Below, one piece after another: positions 1 through 8,195 of a stretch of DNA of 64,000 nucleotides. The position numbers and the translations under genes were made by a program. The stretch covers positions 2,112,001-2,176,000 of the forward strand of contig OZ242008.1 in NCBI GenBank assembly GCA_965204735.1, in the 5' to 3' direction. The notes under the pieces are model-generated. The model searched no databases and had not been told where the DNA came from. It saw only the letters and a program-made list of their open reading frames with translations. This DNA is from Longimicrobiales bacterium. GTDB lineage: Bacteria > Gemmatimonadota > Gemmatimonadetes > Longimicrobiales > Gaopeijiaceae. Within the stretch, counting starts at the first letter, position 1. Each line of letters starts with the position of its first letter.

Positions 1-462
1 CGGACTCAATGCAGCAATCCGGGTTTCGCTGTCGGACACGTGCCGCCAGCCATGCAGGAAGAAGCGACAACTAAACTTGCTGTCGGCGTCGGGCGTGATC
101 TTGGGGAACACCTCGTAGGTGTCGGTTATTCGACTGCCCCCGTTGACCGACAGTATCTCGAAGGGCTCTGCGTTCCCTTGGAGACCATGATTCGCAAGGT
201 ACTCCAGGCGATCAGGTCTTCCTCGCGCCATGACTCGATTTCCAAACACCCCGAACAAAGCCGTGGACTGATACTCCCGCCATAGGTCGGGAAACTCCAG
301 CAACGGCGGAAAACCACTGTCCGCCTGCGCCCGAAGCGCCCCCCGAATGTATCGAAATCGATGCATCGGCGTCGGATCGATGTCCAGCCGGCCCACCGGA
401 AACCACCGTCGGCTGGTACCCCGTTTGTCCTGCCATGCCAGGAAGAGAGTTCGCTGGCTCAC
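1..462 (-). CDS. HIRAN/HipS-type partner of the HipA-like kinase (partial, runs off the window edge; absent from the ORF track)
   Basis: GTG at 462 overlaps the kinase TGA (GTGA). The frame is open to base 1: MSQRTLFLAWQDKRGTSRRWFPVGRLD...FRYIRGA...FPDL...LFGVFGNRVM...RPDR...TDTYEVFP...FFLHGWRH. This N-terminus is typical of HIRAN-domain proteins encoded after HipA-like kinases. Confidence 0.75.
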   Translation of the reverse strand, partial: MSQRTLFLAWQDKRGTSRRWFPVGRLDIDPTPMHRFRYIRGALRAQADSGFPPLLEFPDLWREYQSTALFGVFGNRVMARGRPDRLEYLANHGLQGNAEPFEILSVNGGSRITDTYEVFPKITPDADSKFSCRFFLHGWRHVSDSETRIAALSP

Positions 463-1358
463 AGCGACAGTGCCCTCAGCTTACCCTGACTGCATCTCAG
501 TACCCCGCATGCGAACCTGCGGGCGGTCGCCGTCATCCAGGAGGGGGGTACTCTCCCGACGATGTGCTGCCACGCATCGGGAGATACGGCAGCAACCTTC
601 ACAAGGGCAGGCGCAAAGACGTTCTTCCATGCTTCCGATGCCCGTCGCACCAGCTCCATAGGACTGGGCCCGCGACTGGCGTCAGCCGACCAGTAGATCG
701 CGCCACGTCCCTTGGACAAGTAGTTGCTCAAGCGGTCTTCATTGAGCAGCTGTTCGCGACGAGCGTCCGTCAGCTCCCGGCCAAGCGAAGATGCATGATC
801 AAACGACGGTGCCACCGCCACTTCCATGCAGGGACGGTCGTTAGCTGATGACGACGCAAGAACGCCCCAGTTCTCATGATGGCGATCCGTGTTTCCGATA
901 AGCGCGTCGAGGATCAGATAGCTCGCCAGGGTCGTGCGTGCCGTCAGTCTGCCAGACACACGAAAGACTTCGTCTACCGCGGCAAAGATGTTCGCCAGTG
1001 TATGCTCTGGCTGATGATATGTTCGGTCTGGATTGTAGTCGTCAATCGCTCTGCGCAGCAGTTCATTGCCGTGGCGGAGAACCTTGTTGTCGGTGGTGAA
1101 GTCCTTCGTTACGGATCCCCTTACTCCGTCGTATACGGCCAAGTCCACTTCCGCGTGGCACACACCAATTTCGCTGGCCACTTCGGCGGCGATCTTCTCC
1201 GCCCAGTGCTCGCCGGTATTGGGGCGTGGATGTTTGAAGAGCAACCGGTCGCCCGTTGTCGGATCGCGGTACCAGATCTTCCTCTTGGCTCCCATGGGTT
1301 CCGGCTTGATGGCCCAGGCCGGCGTCACTTCGACGACCCGATACGGCTCGGCAGTCAT
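459..1358 (-). CDS. HipA-like Ser/Thr kinase (toxin-like)
   Basis: Motifs GAKRKIW, LLFK, EHWAEKIA, DALIGNTDRHHENWG, APSFDHASSL. ATG at 1358 preceded by GAGG. Confidence 0.85.
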   Translation of the reverse strand: MTAEPYRVVEVTPAWAIKPEPMGAKRKIWYRDPTTGDRLLFKHPRPNTGEHWAEKIAAEVASEIGVCHAEVDLAVYDGVRGSVTKDFTTDNKVLRHGNELLRRAIDDYNPDRTYHQPEHTLANIFAAVDEVFRVSGRLTARTTLASYLILDALIGNTDRHHENWGVLASSSANDRPCMEVAVAPSFDHASSLGRELTDARREQLLNEDRLSNYLSKGRGAIYWSADASRGPSPMELVRRASEAWKNVFAPALVKVAAVSPDAWQHIVGRVPPSWMTATARRFACGVLRCSQGKLRALSL

Positions 1359-1365
1359 GCACACC

Positions 1366-4300
1366 TCACGAGATCACGCCCAGCCCCAGCGCCTGGACGC
1401 GGCGGTTGAACTCGGCCAGATCGTCGCCCAGGAGGGACTCCAGCTCGTCGCGGATGCGCAGGAGACGCTCCCGCAGCACGGCGTGGACCTCGCCCTGCTG
1501 GTCCGTGGGCGGGAAGTCGCCCACCGACACCGTAGCGAAGAGGTAGCCCAGGCGCTCGATCACGCGGGTCGGGTAGCGGATGCCGTCCTGGCCGGTCCCC
1601 GTGGCCCGCATCTGGAAGAGTCCCTGCTCCGCCGCGATCAGCCGTTCGTCCAGCGAGTCGGCGGCGGCGGCCAAGGCGCTCGAGGCGTCGTCGTCCCGGT
1701 CTTCCAGCACCGCCTTGGCGTCCCGCAGCTGGCGGCGCACCCACTCCACCCGGTTGACCAGCTCGGCGGCGGTCTCGTAGTCGGCGCGGAGCGCCTCCAG
1801 CATGGCCTGCTGGACCCGGATGTCGGCCAGCGTCCCTTCGGAGTGGGGGTCCTTGCGAACTTCCAGGGTCTGGACAAGGGCGCCCCCGGCCAGGAGTTCG
1901 TCGCCCGAAGGCTCGTCCCCGGCGGACTCGATGCTCGATCCTTCGCCGGAGTCGTCGCCGGCCGGCTCCCCCGCCCCGCCGATCTTCAGCGCGACCTCGT
2001 ACTCCCCCGGCGGCTGGAGGATCACCGCCGCACCCTGGCCCGGCCCGCCCAGCACGCCCGGCAAGGGCCGCCAGCGCTCGGGCCCCAAGTCGATGTCGTC
2101 GGCGTACAGGGGCTTGGTGCGCAACTTGATCTCGGTGGCCGGCTCGCCGTTCAGGTCCCACCACACTCGGTTCACGCCCGCTTGGCCCGTGCCCTCCAGC
2201 GTCCGCACCACGTCCCCCTGGGCGTTCGCGATCTCGATCTTCACGCTGTCTTCGGTCTCCTGGGCGAGCCAATAGCTGATCGAGGCGCCGTAGGGCGGGT
2301 TCTCGCCGTCGGACTGGTCGTCGAACATGGCGAAGGGCTCGGACACCGGACGGAAGCGGTACGCGGGCCGGGGAGCGAAAAGGTGCGCGGGCGCGGCGGC
2401 GACTTCCGCCGTCAGCTGCTGGAGGGGCGTCACGTCGTCCAGTATCCAGAAGCCGCGGCCGTAGGTGCCGATCACCAGGTCGTTGAAGTGCTCCTGCACG
2501 ACGAGCCCGTACATGGGCGCGCGCGGCATGTTGGTGTGGAGCGACTGCCAGCGGTCCCCGTCGTCGAACGACACGTACAGCGACGCCTCGGTCCCCAGGT
2601 AGAGAAGGCCGGGGCGCACCGGGTCCTCGTGGATGCTCCGGGTGTAGCTGAGCACGCCGTCGTCGATGCCGTCGGTGATCGGGGTCCAGCTCTCGCCGTA
2701 GTCGTCGGTGCGGTAGGCGCGGGCGTCGAAGTCGCCCACCTGATGATGCTCGACCACCATGTACGCCTTGCCGGGCGCGAACCTGGAGGCGTCGATCCCC
2801 CGCACCACGCCGTCGGGCGGCAGGTCGGGAATGTTCTCGGTGACGTTGGTCCAGGTCGCGCCGCCGTCGCGGCTCACGTGCATCAGGCCGTCGTTGGTGC
2901 CGGCCCAGAAGACGCCGGGCTCCAGGGGCGACTCGTCGAAGGCGTAGATCACGCAACAGTACTCGACGCCGATGTTGTCGGGCGTGAGGCCGCCGCTGAT
3001 CCCCATGCGCTCCCGGTTGTTCGTGGTAAGGTCGGGGCTGATCTCCTCCCAGCTTTGGCCGCCGTTGGTGGTGCGGTGGACGTGCTGGCTGGTCACGTAG
3101 ACGGTGTTGTTGTCGTGGGGCGAAATCAGCAACGGGAAGGTCCATTGGAAGCGGTAGCGCAGGCTGTCGGCTGGCTGGCCGATCGTGGACTCGGGCCACA
3201 CCTCGACTTCGCGATACTGGCGCGTCCGAGCGTCCCAGCGAGACACGATGCCGCCCCCGCCTCCGGCCCCCGACGCGCTCGACCAGACGATGTTGTGGTC
3301 CGTCGGGTCCGGCGTGGCGAACCCCGACTCGCCGCCGCCCACCGTCTGCCACATGCCCCGGGGGATGCCGCCCAGGAAGAGGCCGCCCGTGCGGCTGTTG
3401 CTCGGCCCGCGAGTCGAAGGACCGTCCTGACGGTTGCCCATGACGTGGTACGGCACCGCGTTGTCCACAGTCACGTGGTACATCTGCGCGATCGGCAGCT
3501 GCTGGCGGTACCAGGTCTTGCCCCGGTTGCGGGAGATGGCGACGCCGCCGTCGCCGGCCACGATCTGCCGGTCGCCGTTCTGCGGATCGATCCACATGTC
3601 GTGGTGGTCCCATACCGGCCCTTGCAGGAACGGCGCCGCCGTGGACGTGACGCCGCCGTCCAGGGTGGTGCTGTACGCCGCCGCCAGGAAGTAGGCTTCG
3701 TCGGCGTCGTCGGGGTTGGCCTCGCAGCGCGTGTAGTAGGCGGTGCGGCCGGCCAAGTCGCGGTCGTAGCTGGTGAGCGCCCACTGGCGGCCGCCGTCGT
3801 CGGAGCGCCACAGCTCGCCGCCGTCGGTGTCGCCGCCTTCCCAGGGCACGGCGTCGCCCGTCTCGATCAGGGCGTAGATGCGGCCCGGGTCGTCGGCGCT
3901 CATGCACAGCGCGATCTTGCCGATCTCGCGGGTGGGCAGGCCGTTCCCCTCCAGCCGCGTCCAGGTGGCGCCGCCGTCGCGGGAGACGTGGACGGCGCTG
4001 CCGGGGCCGCCCGAGGTGCGCGTCCAGGTGCGGATCGCGATCTGCCACGTCCCAGCGAAGAGGGTGCGGGGGTTGGACGGGTCCATCACCAGGTCGCTGG
4101 CGCCGGTCTCCTCGTCCACGAAGAGGACGTGCTCCCAGGTGGCGCCGCCGTCCAGCGTGCGGTAGACGCCCCGCTCGGGCTGGGGCGCGTAGCCGTGCCC
4201 GATCGCCGCCGCGTACACGATGTCGGGGTTGGTCGGGTGCACGATGATCCGGCTGATCCGCCCCGTGCCCTCCAGTCCCATGTGGGTCCACGTGTCGCCG

Positions 4301-4701
4301 GCGTCCAGCGACTTCCAGACGCCGTTGCCGATCGAGACGTTGGAGCGGATGAACGGCTCGCCGGTTCCGGCCCACACGATGTTCGGGTCGGACGGCGCGA
4401 CCTCCACTTCCCCGATGGCGTGCACCGGCTGGTCGTCGAAGACGGGCCGCCAGTTGACGCCCCCGTCCTCCGTCTTCCAGAGCCCGCCCGACGCCGCGCC
4501 CGCATAGTACGTCAGCGGATCGCCGGCCACCCCCGCCACCGACGTGACTCGGTTCCCCACCGGCCCGATGTGACGGAACTTCATCGCCTGAAGCGCGGAG
4601 GTGGGGACTTCCTGGGCGGTCGCGGGCTCGGCGACCGGGGGCGGACGAAGGACGGCGCCAAGGACCAAGCCGGCGGCGACGACGAGGGAGCGGACGCGCA
4701 T
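1366..4701 (-). CDS. Secreted VPS10/sortilin-like BNR(Asp-box)-repeat glycosyl hydrolase
   Basis: Signal peptide MRVRSLVVAAGLVLG after GGAGGAG RBS. FRHIGP N-terminal motif and many (S/T)xDGGxTW Asp-boxes. Confidence 0.85.
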   Translation of the reverse strand: MRVRSLVVAAGLVLGAVLRPPPVAEPATAQEVPTSALQAMKFRHIGPVGNRVTSVAGVAGDPLTYYAGAASGGLWKTEDGGVNWRPVFDDQPVHAIGEVEVAPSDPNIVWAGTGEPFIRSNVSIGNGVWKSLDAGDTWTHMGLEGTGRISRIIVHPTNPDIVYAAAIGHGYAPQPERGVYRTLDGGATWEHVLFVDEETGASDLVMDPSNPRTLFAGTWQIAIRTWTRTSGGPGSAVHVSRDGGATWTRLEGNGLPTREIGKIALCMSADDPGRIYALIETGDAVPWEGGDTDGGELWRSDDGGRQWALTSYDRDLAGRTAYYTRCEANPDDADEAYFLAAAYSTTLDGGVTSTAAPFLQGPVWDHHDMWIDPQNGDRQIVAGDGGVAISRNRGKTWYRQQLPIAQMYHVTVDNAVPYHVMGNRQDGPSTRGPSNSRTGGLFLGGIPRGMWQTVGGGESGFATPDPTDHNIVWSSASGAGGGGGIVSRWDARTRQYREVEVWPESTIGQPADSLRYRFQWTFPLLISPHDNNTVYVTSQHVHRTTNGGQSWEEISPDLTTNNRERMGISGGLTPDNIGVEYCCVIYAFDESPLEPGVFWAGTNDGLMHVSRDGGATWTNVTENIPDLPPDGVVRGIDASRFAPGKAYMVVEHHQVGDFDARAYRTDDYGESWTPITDGIDDGVLSYTRSIHEDPVRPGLLYLGTEASLYVSFDDGDRWQSLHTNMPRAPMYGLVVQEHFNDLVIGTYGRGFWILDDVTPLQQLTAEVAAAPAHLFAPRPAYRFRPVSEPFAMFDDQSDGENPPYGASISYWLAQETEDSVKIEIANAQGDVVRTLEGTGQAGVNRVWWDLNGEPATEIKLRTKPLYADDIDLGPERWRPLPGVLGGPGQGAAVILQPPGEYEVALKIGGAGEPAGDDSGEGSSIESAGDEPSGDELLAGGALVQTLEVRKDPHSEGTLADIRVQQAMLEALRADYETAAELVNRVEWVRRQLRDAKAVLEDRDDDASSALAAAADSLDERLIAAEQGLFQMRATGTGQDGIRYPTRVIERLGYLFATVSVGDFPPTDQQGEVHAVLRERLLRIRDELESLLGDDLAEFNRRVQALGLGVIS

Positions 4702-4870
4702 GAGGACTCCTCCTGGGTTGTGGCGGGCGCTGGGCGCGACGGGCGGCTCGGGTTCCAGCGCACCGAACCCCAAAGCTACGTTCCCAGCCTCGGGCGCGTC
4801 CATACGCCGCGCGGTGGCTTCGCGGCCACCAAGTTGCGTTGGGTCGACGGGGCTCGACGCATCCATGCGG

Positions 4871-5379
4871 CTACGCCGGCCCCGTTCGTCGGCGAGCGTC
4901 GGGGTCGCCGCCCGACCCGGGGCCGCCATCCGCCAACCGTCGCACGCCGTCCTGAAAGGCCTTGAAGCTGGGCGACCGGTTTCGCTCCGGCTTCATCAAC
5001 GGACCGATCTTCTCGGCCCATTGGCACTTCGCCTGCCCGGCGGCCGGCCAGCCGGCCCTCTTGACCTCGGCCGACCCGCCCGCGTGCACGGCATTGGCAA
5101 GCAACAGTCCCTGTCGTCCAGGTCGACCACCACAACCATGGCCGACGAGTCACGTGACAAGCTGTTCCCGTATCCCCGCATGATCCTGGGTAGCTGTTGC
5201 AACAAGATTCGACTGGACGGATCGCTTTGTCCGTGCAAGCCTCTGGGCAAGCGTCCCAGGCCCTTGTAGCTGTGCGTCCTCCACGAGTGGTTGTCTCCGT
5301 TCCCGCCCAAGACCGCCCGCAACACGTTGTCGACCACGATGCTTCCGGATCTGTCTTCCACCAGCACCTCGAAGTGCAT
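4871..5379 (-). pseudogene. DUF4276-like (TOPRIM-type) partner of the ABC ATPase, internally deleted and frameshifted
   Basis: N-part MHFEVLVEDRSG...YKGLGRLP...LLQQLP...VVVVDLDDRDC. C-part LANAVHAGGS...KCQWAEKIGPLM...NRSPSF is in another frame, joined near 5102 with the middle segment missing. Confidence 0.7.
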
Positions 5380-5391
5380 CGCCCGATTCCC

Positions 5392-6675
5392 TCAGTCCAG
5401 ATAGTCGCTGTACCAAAGACTGCCGAGCGGAAGGCCCTCGTTCACCATTGACTCGACGACGGCGTCGTCGCTCGCCCGACGGATCGTCGCAAATCCGCCG
5501 GTCCCCTTCTCGAGGATCCACGTTTCCTTCGGGCTGAGCGCATCAACGAGGTAGGGCTGGTGCGTAGTGACAAAGATCTGAGGTGCGTTTCGCCTCCTCG
5601 TCGCCTGATCTCGAAACTCGTGCACAAGAACCTCGAGCAAACGGTGATACAGTCCGTTTTCTGGCTCCTCGACGCAGATGAAGGGCGGTGGCGCGGGGTC
5701 CTCCAGCATGAGCAAGTAGGCGAACAACTTCAGGGTTCCGTCGGACACCTGTTGCGCGTAGAAGGGCTCTTGGAATCCCTTGTCGTTGAACCGAAGAAGC
5801 AGACGTCCATCCGGGCTGCGGTCGGTGTCGATCTTCTCGACGCCAGGCACCCTCTCGGCAATCCTCCTGAGGACACCCTTGAACCGCGCCGAATGTTGGC
5901 GTTCCATGAACTGAACCACATTGCCCAGGTTGTCGCCGTGGACGCTCAGATGCCTCTGCGGTCCAGCCAGTGGCAGGCTGCGGGCAGCATCTGGAGCAAA
6001 ATAGCTTAGGTACCAACCCTCAACGAACTGCCGAAATGACGAAATGCGGGGATGTCGCTTAAGCGCACCAAGGGTCGCGATGCCCAATCTGCGACTGTCG
6101 TCGAGCGCCACTTCTTCCCTCGCGGCGCTTTCCTCGACTGTACCGCCCTTGTCGGGATCCGAACCGCCTAGCAAGCTGTCCACCTCAAACCCTGGCACCT
6201 CTTCCAGGCCGGGCGCATCTCCCTTCCAAGCCACGCCCCTGCCGTCGCTCAGCATCAAAAACGAGAACGGCCGACCGTGTCTTTGGCCTTTGCGCCGCTG
6301 CCTGAGGCGCTCGCTCGAGACGTAGGGACGACCGGACCGATCGCTGTCGATGGCAAGCTCATAGGTGATGGGACGAGCCCCGGAGTCCTGTCGATAGTAG
6401 ACCTCGAACTCTATCGGCCCTACGCTCCCCTGGGACAAGATGCGCCGAAAGCCGCCGCGGCCACGTGCGTCGCATGCTGCCTCGACACCCAGCTTTAGGC
6501 AGTCCGCCAGAAATCCAAAGGCGTCGAACAACGAGCTCTTTCCGACTCCGTTCTTGCCGATGACCGCCGTCAGCGGAGTCAGCGGATCGACCTTCTGAGT
6601 GTTCCACAACTTGCCGAGCGTGACGTCTCGGAGAACCCGGTAGTTGGTGACTCTGATTCCTTCGATCTTGGCCAT
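5392..6675 (-). CDS. ABC-type ATPase (AAA_21-like), putative defence component
   Basis: Walker A GKNGVGKS, signature-like VSDGT, Walker B/D-loop ICVEEPENGL, H-loop VTTHQP. Confidence 0.85.
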   Translation of the reverse strand: MAKIEGIRVTNYRVLRDVTLGKLWNTQKVDPLTPLTAVIGKNGVGKSSLFDAFGFLADCLKLGVEAACDARGRGGFRRILSQGSVGPIEFEVYYRQDSGARPITYELAIDSDRSGRPYVSSERLRQRRKGQRHGRPFSFLMLSDGRGVAWKGDAPGLEEVPGFEVDSLLGGSDPDKGGTVEESAAREEVALDDSRRLGIATLGALKRHPRISSFRQFVEGWYLSYFAPDAARSLPLAGPQRHLSVHGDNLGNVVQFMERQHSARFKGVLRRIAERVPGVEKIDTDRSPDGRLLLRFNDKGFQEPFYAQQVSDGTLKLFAYLLMLEDPAPPPFICVEEPENGLYHRLLEVLVHEFRDQATRRRNAPQIFVTTHQPYLVDALSPKETWILEKGTGGFATIRRASDDAVVESMVNEGLPLGSLWYSDYLD

Positions 6676-6752
6676 TCAGCCGGTCCCTACGCCTGGACGT
6701 CGTTCCGCGAAGCCACGGCCCTCCAGATGAGATGCTCGGGACCGTGACGGGA

Positions 6753-6781
6753 ACGATGGGAGCGAAAGGGGATCGGGTCAA
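6753..6781 (-). promoter_or_regulatory. Possible sigma70 promoter of the ATPase operon
   Basis: Minus strand TTGACC-17 nt-CATCGT. Confidence 0.35.
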
Positions 6782-6903
6782 GGGCGCGTCGACTGACTAC
6801 TCCAGCGCGAGCCAAGTACAGCCGGCAGTGTCGATCCGGTAGGGGCGCACATGGGTCTCCAGCCCGTCGTCCGATTCGTCGAGGCGACGATGGACAGACC
6901 TCA

Positions 6904-7575
6904 TCAGCCCGAGCCGTGGTCGTGGTCGCGGCGGCCCTGGTGGAAGACGACGTGCAGCAGAGTGCCGGCGACGAACGAGTGGTAGAGCACGACGCCAGGG
7001 CGGGCGCTCGCCACGACGTCGCCGGCGGCCAAGTAGCCGACCACGGTGGCCACGGGGATCGTCGCGACGGCCAGGGCCGCCAGCACCGGTCCGTGACGGG
7101 GGCGCACCAGCCACCAGATCACCAGGCCCACCAGGATCCGGTGGATCGCGATGTTGGCGGCAAGGGCGTCGTAGCCGGGCGTGGTCGCGGTGATTTGCAC
7201 AAAAAAGATCACGGCGACGACAATGGTGTCCGCGGCCAAGGCCGTCCCCTCCAGCAGAGCGTGGAGCCCGATGCCCAGGAGGGTGGCCACGATGGCCGCG
7301 TCGTCGGTGCGCGCAGCGAACTTGTGGGCCGCGAGGCGGTGGAGCACGCGCTCCGTCGCCGTTACGGCGCCCAATCCCAGCAAGACCGCCACCACCGGCA
7401 GCGGCGAACCTTGGTCCCAGGCTCTGGGAAGGACCTGCCAAGCCACCAGAAGGGGCACGCCGACATACACGGACATGTCCACCGCCCTCGCCATGCGGGG
7501 GCGCTCGTGGAGCCAAGCGTAGAGCAGCACGCCCGCCGCCGGCGAGGCGGCGCCCAGGATCAGCGCCCAAGGCAT
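6904..7575 (-). CDS. ZIP-like divalent metal transporter / membrane protein
   Basis: Multiple hydrophobic helices, LHALLEG and IAIHR metal-site-like motifs, His-rich tail DHDH. Start at ATG 7575 or TTG 7581. Confidence 0.6.
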   Translation of the reverse strand: MPWALILGAASPAAGVLLYAWLHERPRMARAVDMSVYVGVPLLVAWQVLPRAWDQGSPLPVVAVLLGLGAVTATERVLHRLAAHKFAARTDDAAIVATLLGIGLHALLEGTALAADTIVVAVIFFVQITATTPGYDALAANIAIHRILVGLVIWWLVRPRHGPVLAALAVATIPVATVVGYLAAGDVVASARPGVVLYHSFVAGTLLHVVFHQGRRDHDHGSG

Positions 7576-7641
7576 GGACAAGCCTGCGCCGGAGCGGCGG
7601 ACGTGCTGCGGTGTTGCGGCGTCAGGAAGAGTGGTTCCTGA

Positions 7642-8118
7642 TCAGCTGTGGGCTTCGACGTGGATGTGCACGGCCGTGGTGGTGAAGTCCGAGTGCCCCG
7701 AGCCGACGGTACCGTGCATGAGCTTGAATACTACGTCGGTCTCGCCCTCGACCTTGCCGTCGAAGTGGCCCGTGAAGCTGCCTGGGGCGGGTTCGTGGTG
7801 GAACTCCGCGATGTCCGTGTCTTCCACGTCGACCTCGAGGTAGAGGTCGTCGTCGATCGGGATCGGATCGCCGTCGTGATCCACGAACCGGACTTCGACC
7901 ATGCCGCTCTCGCCGATCTCGACCTCCAGCTCGCCGGTCCAGGACTGCGCGTCGCCGTCGTAGCGGGCGACCACGGTGCCGTCCAAGAGCACATGGACGC
8001 CTTCGGGCTCGGCGTGGTCGTCGTCGGGCTCGGTCGGGTCGTCGCTGCACGCGGCAGCGAAGGCGACGATGGCGGCGAGGGCCGCGACGCCGAAGCGGTT
8101 CGTCCAGGTCTTCCTCAT
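7642..8118 (-). CDS. His/Asp-rich lipoprotein (putative metal-binding)
   Basis: AGAGGAG RBS, ATG at 8118, lipobox-like FAAAC followed by SDDPTEPDDDHAEPEG. Also KLMHG, GHSDF and HIHV. Confidence 0.8.
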   Translation of the reverse strand: MRKTWTNRFGVAALAAIVAFAAACSDDPTEPDDDHAEPEGVHVLLDGTVVARYDGDAQSWTGELEVEIGESGMVEVRFVDHDGDPIPIDDDLYLEVDVEDTDIAEFHHEPAPGSFTGHFDGKVEGETDVVFKLMHGTVGSGHSDFTTTAVHIHVEAHS

Positions 8119-8195
8119 TCTGCGTTCTCCTCTTTTGGTGCGTGAGTGGTGCGTGGGTAGAAGCGAGTTGGGTGCTGCACTTGCGACGCGCGAGG

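Noticed and set aside
1066..4965. 1299-aa + strand ORF and 1006-aa alternative-frame ORF over the hydrolase
   Set aside because: Shadow frames of a well-formed gene in GC-rich DNA.
6797..6904. 35-aa ORF (MRSVHRRLDESDDGLETHVRPYRI...) overlapping the ZIP-like gene stop
   Set aside because: Too short and unrecognisable to call; possibly a gene remnant.
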